The notes under the pieces were generated by a model. That model searched no databases, was not told the DNA's origin, and saw only the letters and a list, made by a program, of their open reading frames with translations. Below, piece after piece: positions 13,901-25,900 of a stretch of DNA of 64,000 nt. The position numbers and the translations under genes are program-made. Source of the DNA: Owenia fusiformis (Eukaryota); the NCBI GenBank assembly GCA_903813345.2, contig CAIIXF020000001.1, forward strand, positions 11,346,001-11,410,000. The letters are read 5' to 3'. Every line of letters begins with the position of its first letter. Position 1 is the stretch's first letter.

Positions 13901-16900
13901 AAAAGTTGACAAGCTAAAGCATATATATATGATATTTTATATAGTTATTACTTTATGCAGAAGAAATGCAATCCAATTCAGTAATTATTCTATCTTAAAT
14001 AATATCAATTTATAGGGAATCAATTGCATTGTGTTGTTGACTTAATCTTAATGCTTGTATCATCTCATGTTTAGGGTCCAAGAGGTCCAGCTGGTGAGCG
14101 AGGTAGAGATGGTAAACCCGGTCCTGCAGTAAGTATCCCTTCTATACAACAGCATGCAAGTGGACCAACATAGTTGTAATAGTAATAGAATAGAAAAAAT
14201 GGTTTGTACTTTCCTAAAAAAATATAATTTAGAAGTCGTCCATTCGTGCAAAATAAAGTAAAATATCACGCTTACTTGTTCAATATTTTAGGGTCTTAGA
14301 GGTGTTGATGGTCTAGGAGGTCCATCTGGTCCACCAGGTCCAATCGGTCAACCAGGTCCACCAGGATTCCCAGGCGCACCAGGAGCCAAAGTAAGGATTT
14401 GAGTGTGAAAAAATATATATCATTACACTATAAATTAGTCCTGATTATGATAGTATAGTTTTAATGCTGTAATTTACAACACTACTCCAATGTGCCTCCA
14501 AAAGCAGGCTAGCAATAACAAGACATGTGCGGCAAATCTAATCATCATAATTATTATATTATAGGGAGACAGAGGAGCACTAGGTTTGAAGGGTAATCAT
14601 GGTTTACAAGGTCCACGTGGTGAAAATGGAGCTCCAGGAGACGCTGGTCAACCAGGACACCAAGGTCCCCCCGGTAGAGATGGAGTTAATGGAGACAAGG
14701 GAGACAGAGTAAGTTTTCATAGTATTTATATTAAATGTTTATTTTTATATTTATTTACATGTCAGGTGTGAACCTTGGTGGATGGACAAGATGCGAGTAG
14801 AAATAATTTTGATTTAGCCTACATCATTAAATAAATAAAATTCAGTCAAAGTGATATCATTTTTGAAATACACTTTATAGAAAATATTCTGAACATTTGG
14901 CCTCACTAAAATGTGATACTTCATTGCTCCATATCACGCGAATTCAGTTTTCCGTTTTTTTCATTTTAGGGATCACCCGGTGGCCCAGGAAATCCAGGTT
15001 TCCCAGGACCCCGTGGCCAGAACGGACAAGATGGACAACCAGGCATTCAGGGAATCAAGGGAGACTCTGTAAGTTGATATTCCAAAGTTACTTTGAGACG
15101 ATTTCATAACTATTGCCCTTATTGTCAAAATGTTTGATATTTAATGTTGTTATCTGTAGGGCCAACCTGGACAACAAGGTTACCAAGGAGAAGCTGGACC
15201 AAAAGGTTCACCTGGTACTTCTGGAGATAGAGGTGCCCCTGGTCTTACCGGACCACCAGGCAAACGTGGATCAAGAGGTGCCACCGGAGCACCAGGACCT
15301 GCTGGCCTTCAAGGAGAGAGAGGTCCCCCAGGTGGTAGAGGTGCTGCTGGAGCTGATGGTCCTTCTGGTCCACCAGGTCCATCCGGTGAACGAGGAGAGA
15401 GAGGACCCAATGGAGAAGTTGGACCAACTGTAACTATATTATTATTAGTTTTCTATAATAAAAATATAATAATTCTAAAAAACGTTCGGTTGTATAATAG
15501 AAGTATTTTACATAATACGATCAATTGTTTCTATTTCAGGGCTCACCTGGTCCCCGTGGTTTGAACGGTCCACCAGGTCCAAGAGTAAGTATAATCTTAT
15601 AAACATATTATAAAGTAATCATAATCATAAATAACTTTTTTAATATTCCTGTAAGCTGTGATTCATTTGGATATAACGTTTTTGTAATTTCCTTTTTAAA
15701 GTATTTAGAATCTTAGACATAACATGTCATGTGTATTACTATGTATGTTTCTTTTAAAGGTCTATGGGTTCTTGTTGCTATTGTTTCTTTAAGTTTTGTA
15801 TTCTTGCAACTATTGTAGGGTATTGATGGCCGAGCAGGATCAGATGGTAAACCAGGACCCCCTGGTCCACAGGTAGACAAATGGCAACGATATAACACTG
15901 TTTGCTTCCCAACATTGCAACATGTGTTGAGACAAGTTTCAGACATGACGTGTAACACGTCAAAGTGAAAAGGAAACGGTTGATCGTGTTACACATGTGT
16001 TGACAGATTAAGAAACTTTTCTCCATACAGTTGCTGTTGTTTCATGAGTTCATTCATATAATGGTAATCACATACTAACTTATAGGGAACTAATGGATCA
16101 CCTGGTAAAGATGGCTTACCCGGTCCAGCTGGATTCCCAGTAAGTATGAGCTATACTGATCCTTCTAATTAGAGACGATATCATTTCTAATCAAACGACG
16201 CTCTCAAATGTTAACATAACATGAGCAATTCATTATCATCATTATTGCATAAAATTGTATTAATATCATTTCACATCAGAATAGTACTATAGCTTTAAAA
16301 GTCAAAAAAAGCTTAAGATTATATTTCCGACTCAATTTGGTATTTGGGCACGAATATATATTTACCTATACAATAACATAGGGTTTTGAAACCTATAGTA
16401 CATTAAATTATTATCAAACGCTACGTATTACATTGCATCCAATATTATATGTATTTCGCCTTCTTCACAGGTATATTTATCATTACCTAATTGAGAATAT
16501 ACGCGTACTAAAACGTTGAATGCCTATTTTCATTTATTAATTATAAACTTTTTGTTTTATCTTTTTTCATATTAATGTTATTTATTATTTCATATTTTTT
16601 AAATTATATTTTATGATAAAGTTATATTTTGTTCGTTAGACGTAAATATTTTTATCTTTATGAATTATTACAATTTTTATTTTACCTATATTCTATTCTT
16701 TCTGTTGAAATAATTTAATAATAGATATATATAAGTACTTTCATTTTTGGTATTTCAGTGACAAAACATATAATTTTGTTAATGATATTGTTATAGATGT
16801 ACTAATTTTATCATAGCTGTCGTTAAACGTCTCATTTTCTACATTTAACCCAGTGCTATTTACAATAATAATTGCTTTGGTATGTTTCAATGAATCAAAT

Positions 16901-19900
16901 ATTTTAGGGTGAAGCTGGTCAAGACGGCAAACCAGGTGAACAAGGACCACAAGGTATCCAAGGTCTTCCAGGTATGCAGGGAACGCCCGGCCAGAGAGGA
17001 TTCCCAGTGAGTTCATATAATTAGTATCAAAATATATCATATAAAGCAATAGCGATGATTCGATTACTGACTAGCATTATAATTTACAGGTTTGATAATA
17101 TTCTATATTTTATTTAAGTAAGATCTATGTTATAAGTGATATCACTTAATTCAAGATGAATAAAAACAGAAGGAGCTCACGTGTCTCGAACTGAAGACCT
17201 CGTGGTTATGACACAGCGCCTAGTTTGGCTTGTTTCTTATTGATGTGATGTATTCTAGGGAGAGGCTGGAAAAGATGGAAAACCTGGAGAGACTGGACCA
17301 TCAGGACCACAAGGGGACCGAGGCAAACCAGGCAACGATGGTAAACCAGGACCACAAGGAGCTCCCGTAAGTTACACTAAGTAACTATATAAATGTGATA
17401 ATATTTAGGATTTTTGTTCCTCAGATTTCATAATCAATAATATGTTTAATATCGTGAATTCCAATTCAATTCTGATTCATGAATGCTTTTCACATGATAT
17501 AAGCTTTGATTTCATTATTTGATTAATTTCACTTTAATGCTTTCTTTAGCAATATGATTATACTACAATACAATCACCAGGCCATGTAAATGATATCCAT
17601 GATGTCTATTTTGTATAGGGAGAGGCCGGTGATAGAGGTCAGCCAGGTAATCCAGGACCACCAGGATTCCAGGTATGTTCATATAAACAAATATAAAAAT
17701 GTATATACAGTAAGGGTATTTGACACAACAGCAATTATAGTTTCATGTCATTTGGGCATATAGGTCCGTGTTTCTGGTATAATTTGATTATCTAAAAATA
17801 TTTTTATGTTACATTGTATATTTCTCATATCTATGAATCATGCTACTTAATATGATGATATGTTTATTTCAGCATCATTGAGCGGCACAATGTCGAATGA
17901 TCAACAACGCTTTGTGCCCCTTCTCTGCGAAACTTCGTTTATTTTTAGTACAATACAGTACAACAGTTGACTTTGTTTTCAGCGATTTTGTAATATCTAT
18001 ACATTTGACATTAATTAAAGTTACATAATAAGAATAAATTCAAAAAATAACTTTAAAGTATACATACATTTTATTTAAATGATACAAGTTTTGTTATATG
18101 GTATTTCGGGCGGCTATTGTAGGGACTCCCCGGAGAGAACGGCAAAGCAGGAGAGCCAGGCAAGCCAGGAGAAGTCGGACCTCCTGGACCACAAGGGTCT
18201 AGGGGTGATGTTGGTCCACCGGTGAGTCAGGATGTGATCACAACACATCAAGGAAAGGACTAACCAAATAACTGCGCAACATTACATAACCACTGGACAT
18301 AACTCCATACCTAACACTCAGCTTTAATTGTTTTCAGTACTAAGGATGGCAACCATGGAGTAACATTAACTATAATGTCATCAACTAATCATCGCATAAT
18401 AATGTATCACAATTCAGGGTTTACCTGGTGAAGCAGGCACAGCTGGTGAACCCGGCAAAAATGGAGAAATTGGACCTCCTGGCCCAGCCGGGTCTCGTGG
18501 TGGCGTTGGCTTGCCGGTATGTGAGTGCCTGCTGCAAACGCACTTGGGCTCGGACTGTATGTCTGTTTTGTATGTTCAGTGTCGTTGCATCATACATTGT
18601 ATTGTCGTCTCTGTGTGCTTGAAACATCAGCCCTTGCATGTTAGGCAACAGTATGATTATTAGTGACGGAAGGTCGTCGACTTCTGCAAATGATGTCTCA
18701 ACAGGTGCATTAAAGAGCATGTAAGCATAAAGAAAATGTTCACTATGTGCATATTTAGGGTCTTCCTGGAGAAGTAGGACAACCAGGAACTCCTGGAAAG
18801 GATGGTGATGCTGGGGCAGCTGGTCCCCAAGGTGCACGTGGTGCGATTGGATTACCCGTGAGTGACCGCGATTTCCACACGTAGATTTGAAAGCTAGTCC
18901 ATTCAATACCCTTTGTATTTTAGACTCCGTAGTACTTTTAAGTTTCATTATTATCCTTTCGATCCTAGCTTACGAGATTACCTTTTCCTTGCTTCTAACC
19001 CTTGTAGGCACCAACATTATTACATCTTATACATCAACGAAATCAGAATTGACATCAGAGGAAAATTAGAAAAACATTCCTCTTCATTGCTTATATGTTT
19101 CTACTGTTTTATTGGTACTATACCTAGTACAAGTGTACAACACTCACAAATGAACTTTGGAGGAACAGCTAAATAAACAAACGGATTTTGGAAAAAACAA
19201 TTGGGCGAGTTGTACTCGTATTTTTACTAATTATGATTTTCTGTCTGGCATTTGAACTTTTTGTCTTTCGTTGTCTGGGATCAAAAGGTTCCAGTGCCTT
19301 TGCGGGTTGAGTTAACCTTCAGAGAGCTTTCCACCATTTCAATATCTCTTCTCAGCATCTCTTGGTGGTGGTTTACATCTTGAGATATCCTGAAACTGCG
19401 GTCCTATTCCACATACTATTTATGTTTCAATTGTTTACCTTTGTATATTTTCCTTTTATATTTTGCTGTCATTCAATTGCATGTTTATTTGCATTCAGTA
19501 TTTCTTTTTTGAATTTGTTAGTTCGTTCGTAATTGTCATGCATTCTTATTAATATTATTGCATGTATGTCAAGTCCTTTGTTTCACATTAACATGTTCAA
19601 CATCTAAACAAAATGCCAGTATTTGATATTCTTAACTGAATTAACCATAATTTTCTTAATTCAATATATGGAAGCTATTTAGTAAGATGCTTACTAAAAA
19701 TACTGATTTATAAAAAGATGAATATAGCTGCATGAGTGAGGGATATTATTTCTAATTGTTGTTTATTATGTTTTCAAAATGGAAAACGAGCAGAGGTAAG
19801 TGCACCCATATGGTACATTGATACAACTTTTATCAAATTTGATTCTGGAATTACTCTACGGTAACCTTTTTATAGTCCAAGTTGTACCTAAATAGATGGT

Positions 19901-22900
19901 GTTTATAAGCTGATCCCCTTTAATGTAATGTAAACAATCACGTCGAAATATATTATCACAAATAAATGTAATAGAGCAAATTAAACTAAAGATGTAGAAC
20001 AAAGTGTAACATATAACTTTGTGAAAGTACAAAGACTTCCTGTGGTAACAAAAGAACACGTTAACTTATAGGGAGAGCGAGGTCAACCAGGAGAACGTGG
20101 CGAGGCTGGAAAAACTGGAGCACCAGGAGATCGTGGACCAGGTGGACCCTCAGGAAAAGATGGTGAACGAGTGAGTTAATTAAAAAGTAGTTCATCGTCA
20201 AAAAATGAATCAAATGACATTATTAGATACTATATACATGTATGAATTTGAAGAAAAGTAGTCTACTTGGGATTTACTAAACAATTTAAGTTACATAAGT
20301 TAAAGCTAATATGTGGCCCCATCCCGCTTGGTTCTGTTATTGTTTTCTTGGTTGACTCTGATCGTTTCTTCATAAACATTTATGCTAAACATGTTTGTTA
20401 TCTAATACAGGGACTGCCTGGAGAACGAGGAGAGCCAGGACCCCAGGGAACTGCAGGTTTAGTGGTGAGATAATATTCTTTTAGCTTAGCATTCAAATAA
20501 TATCAATGATTTAAAACTAAAAGTACCCTAAACTACAAGTTGGAATACTCATATAATCAAAGTACATGATTTATCATAAACTTACTGAAAATTAAAAATC
20601 AAATCTCACTGGAGTATCAGACATTGAAAAGAACAAAAAAACTGATTGACATCAACTAGTGACAGAGTGTAGTGTAGTTAAGTGACGATACGTGTTTCTG
20701 AAATTCCAGGGTCTGCCAGGTCAACGAGGAGAGCCAGGAACATCAGGACCAAAGGGAGAACGAGTAAGTTAGGCTTGTCTGGATTTAAGTACTAGTATTT
20801 ACAGTAGAGTAATATGCTTTAAAATGTCAATTGGTAGGTTAAAGTCCTTCACAGTATGTAGTACGTTTGAAAAAAACAATTACAATTTACAATTACAGTA
20901 ATAACCTTCATATTTGTAATTACTTTTACAATAGAAATTCACTGTCACAGGTATGTATGCGGTGTTCGCAGGGGTTGGGTGCGTTGGTTGCGAACACACC
21001 CCCTTCTTGACCAAATGCCCAAAAATTTCGTTATTCAATACTCAGAGGAAATAACCATGTGCTCCAGAGAAAATGGTGGAGAAGCTAGGCTTCAAGTGCA
21101 AGCTATAATGTTTTTTAGACACACCCCTTGAAAAAATCCCAGGGACGCCCCTGGTATACATGTAAACTTGTACTTAAGTAAAATTGTTTATCTAGATGGC
21201 ATTATTAATTGTGTTCTTTAATTGATTTACTTTTCCTAAATGTTATATAGATGATTTCTTTGTTTTAGGGTAACAGTGGAAATTCTGGACCACCAGGACA
21301 ACAGGGTAAACAGGGTCTCCCCGTAAGTATGCAGTATTCAATAGACTCATTGAATATTAATGTTGATTATAATCAACCTCGTACATACATAGTAAGAAAT
21401 CAGAAAGGTATAATTTTTTCATCAATTATTCCTACATTATATTTGCGTTGCAAACTGTTAATAGGGTGAAGCTGGAACCCCTGGTCCAAGTGGGCCCCAA
21501 GGGTTAGCTGCTCCAAAAGGTGAAAATGGACAACCAGGTCCAGCTGGGCCTAGAGGAGCGACGGGTAAATCAGGAAACAGAGGGGCTCCAGGAACACCAG
21601 GACCAGTTGGTCTCCCAGGAACTCCAGGACTTGCCGGTAACCCCGGTCCTAAAGGTGACACTGGCGCTGCAGGTCCCCGAGTAAGTTCTAATTTTTTTCA
21701 TAAGCATTGAAAATATTAACATTGAATTTTATATTATAGGGTGAACAAGGTCCTAAAGGTGCAGTAGGTCTCCCAGGTAAAGATGCACCAAAAGGTGAGG
21801 ATGGCGCTGCAGGGCCACCAGGTCCAAGAGGTGCCCCAGGTAAAACTGGCAACAGAGGGGCTCAAGGGTCACCAGGATCTCAAGGACTGCCCGGTACCCC
21901 TGGACTTCCAGGCCAGGCTGGGGCAAAGGGAGACGGGGGAGCAGCAGGTCCACGTGTGAGTAAGGCGTGATCAACTGAGCCTGATGACCACTCACATGTA
22001 ACAAATGATGTTATAATTCAACTCACCTATAACTTTTTTCTCTTATAGGTCTAACTATAACACATGGTATGATACTAGCATACAAATGTACCAAGGATGT
22101 GCAAAAGGATGTGTCCATGCAGAAAAATAATATACATTATGATAACATAGAATATAACTTGTAATGAAAGCTAAGCCTACTATTCTAATCTCGAGATATG
22201 CATATAATAGATGTTTATTTTAATAAACCTAATTGAAACATTATGAAAATGGTTTGACTCAACCAGTTTGCTTGTTGTTTGGATGATATTATCATTTAAA
22301 ATGGGTTTGTTTTGTTTGATTTAAACCTGCATGTTTATTATTTACTCAGTTTTTAGGGTGTCCACTATCTTTAGCCTAATACTATCATGTAACCCTGTAT
22401 GTATCTTGATTTGTTTGAGTTATCTATCTTTTTATTAATTCTGATTGTGTTATATTACTTATAAATCATTTAGGTTGTAACTTTATTTTACCCGAATATT
22501 ATCTGTTATTCCTTTTGAAACAATTGCTTTCAAATGGTATTAGTTTTGCCCCAAAATTATTTAAGTTGATATCAATAGAATCTCTTTTTTATTTTGCCTT
22601 TCAAGTATTCTCGACCCTTGTGATTTTCATTTCGATTAACCTGAGTATATTATATTTATGTTTTGTTTTGCATTCTGTCCTCTATCCTTTAGATATTCTG
22701 TCGCTTAATTTGACCCTCTTTTCAATGTCCAAAATCAATAGTATAGCCTCTAACTACTCCATAATGCAATGTGTTTGATATTTGATGAATAGGGTCCCAA
22801 TGGTGCTATTGGTGTCCCAGGTCCCCAAGGAGAAGCAGGTCGAGCTGTAAGTATAACTTTTACACATACTGTACATCTAAATTTTACAATCTGACATATT

Positions 22901-25900
22901 TTTGTTTATAGTATATTTTAAAATTCTTTGTTAATATAATTGTGTATAGGCTCTGTAACTTGTTATATCAACTGATTCAATGATTCTCCTAAGAAAATAA
23001 ATGCTTCTGACATGAATGATTCTTAAAATAGGGAAAAGACGGTATCCCAGGTAGACAAGGAAAGAGAGGAGATCCAGGTGTTCCCGGAGACGCAGGACCA
23101 CCAGGTGCCCCAGGACGACCAGGTCAATCAGGATCTACTGGCCAACCTGGAAGCCCAGGTACCCCAGGAGCAGCAGGCAAAGAAGGAATCAAGGTATCAA
23201 TTTTATTGAATACTGGATCTGGGCGCTAAGACTGTTATCTTAATCAGAAATATGTTGCTCTCTTATTTATTTATTTTTAGTTCATTTGTTCATTCTTCAT
23301 ACATAACATCTTGTTCTCTTATTTAGAGTTGCAGGAAGACTTGATTGGTTCATTACATAGTGTACCAATATATTCGATAGGAATACTATAAGTATTCTAT
23401 ACTAGAGTATTAGGTTTACTCAATTCAATGTTTACAATTTAATGACATGTTACTTATTCATCTCTTCTATTACTTAGGGAAGCCGTGGTGAGTCTGGACG
23501 ACCAGGTAAGGATGGTATCAACGGAAACACAGGACCTCAGGGACCCCCAGGAGAGAAGGGCGGTAATGGTGAAGATGGCAAGGATGTGAGTGTTGCTCAG
23601 TTGCTGGAACATGAGAACTTAATACAATATGTCCCATTGTTTAGTTATATAATAGATCTTATTGCTAAATTAATGAAATTATCCAATGCAAATAAGCAAT
23701 TTATTCTATTCAAAATTGCAGTATATCATAAGAGTATATTCTAGGTATTCTTTTAGTTTTGCATAGTGCTGATATTAAACGAAACTTATAATGAGTAACC
23801 AATTTATAATAAGATGCATACCTTGCCATTTGTGCTATGATAGGGTTTACCAGGTCCCCAAGGTCCACCAGGCCCACAGGGAGAGCGTGGTCTCGTAGGC
23901 TTACCCGGTCTGAGAGGAGAGCGTGGTCCAACTGGTGCTGGAGGACCAAGAGTAAGTTGGATAGTTTGCCTAATATTAGCACTTACTAATACTTCTACAT
24001 GTGTGTTATATTTAGGGTGCACCCGGTGTTCAGGGACCTCCCGGTCAAGCGGGTAACCGTGGATCACCAGGAATGCCAGGTATGGCTGGGGAGAGAGGTC
24101 CTACGGGTCCCGCCGGAGGACGTGTGAGTTACATTCACCAGACTAAGCATGTGCCTTGCCACACGCTTACGATCACCTTGACGTGGTCGAACTTGCATTT
24201 CATGTCCAAAGAAGTTGCTGCTCCAGTAGACTCCGATAGGAATACTTTTTTTGTAGCTTTCCCTACCAATTTCGCCTTATCCGATGAAGGTTTTTGTTGC
24301 ATTCCTTCAGACATATCAGTTATCTCAAGCATATACGTTTGTTGGTTTGGCAGAAAGGAGAAGGTGACACCCGGAGTTTCAAGTAAACGTTTATTGTGAA
24401 AATAAATATATTAAAGTTAAGTTTTCTCAAAAGATGCAGACTCAACAACCATTCGTTCAAATCATATTCTGATTCATAGACGCTGCATGTCTTCTTCCTC
24501 CTTGGCCCCTTTGAACGCCAATCTCCATAGATCACATTCCCAAACCCATATGCGTGCATGTTTAGGTACTTCCTCGCAAAGCTACATATACTATATGAAT
24601 TCCCATGAGGCGTCTCTTTGTATCTTTGAAATGCTGTTGAAACATAGATGATGGTGCGCAACAATGAATTTAGGAAACAAGTTGGGCATGTGTTTGAAAG
24701 AAGAAGGGAGGCGGTTTATGATCGATGAAGTTGTGTAGGGTCTGTATCTTTAAAAAGACGAAACTTCGGGTGAGACGGGCTGCCCATGTAGTAGTTTAGA
24801 TTGCTATGGTATTACAAACACAGTCTGCATGTGTTTAAGGTGTGCCCTATGGCCAGCTGAGTAATTATTTTAGTTGTACATATATGAGCTATTATACCTC
24901 ATGAATGTTTGCCAAATGGACGTGATATTTCTGTTGGTGTGTGTATGAGACTAGCTTCTATAGTTTTATATTCAGTTTTACCTTGTATTGTATAAATGTG
25001 TGTTGCATTTTGGAATGCGATGTCAATCCAACTGCTGGAATCAAAGCACCAACTATTCAATTGTCTTCTCAAGATGTACTTGGTTTATTATATCGTCTCA
25101 GACTCCCGAGAGCCAAATCAATTACTATATATTAACAAACTTTTATTTTGCATCATGGAATAAGGTGTAATTCATTAAAGATGCAGCCCCTATCATTAAA
25201 CTCTTTACGCATTCATCACATTTCTACTTCATTTGCACATTAAATGCACTGGAGCATATCCACTACTGTTTCGCAACGTATTCATCGCATGAACATTGAA
25301 TATGACGTTTTTAATCAATACGTAGAATATGATATATTTTAAAGCATAGGTGAAGGTGTTTGGTCAAAAGTTTTCTTTAGAAATGAATTATACTGGGTCT
25401 GCATCTTTAGAGGATAAGATATGGATAATGTAGAATTTCTTTTTACTTAAATAACACTGATTTTTTAATGTATTAATTTAGAGATATATGTGTATTAAAA
25501 TTATGTAAGTGATGATCATAAACCATACAATTGTAAATATGTGTATGATAATGACTCGCGTATGCAAATTAGTTAAACCGTATGCTCAGCCAATCAGGAT
25601 CAAGATAAACATCTAAGCTTGTATTCGCGAATGCAAATAGCGGCTGTTGGCCACCGGATTAATCTACTATTTTATGACCAATTTATTTAAATATGAATAG
25701 GACTTGCCACTATTCCATTCATATTTAAATGAGTTTGTCATAAAATATTAGGTTAATCTGGTAGCCGACAGCCGAAAGTTGCATTCGCAAATGCAAGCTA
25801 AATGTTCTAACTGTTTTCGACAAATGGGCTACTTAACATATTTTTGATTTTTTAGTCAAACAATTTGTGAATGGTTCTAATTTTGATTTTGATTTTATAA

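Noticed and set aside
20411-20763. Two 54-nt exons starting [10 protein letters not shown] and [10 protein letters not shown] look like a sixth mutually exclusive pair
   Set aside because: Both are needed to reach 338 triplets. Together they match the two halves of vertebrate exon 32 (ending GLV for GLQ, and GPKGER for GPKGDR).
18123-24123. Duplicated exons as an assembly or haplotype artefact
   Set aside because: The copies are far too diverged in nucleotide and amino-acid sequence to be alleles, and their flanking introns are unrelated.
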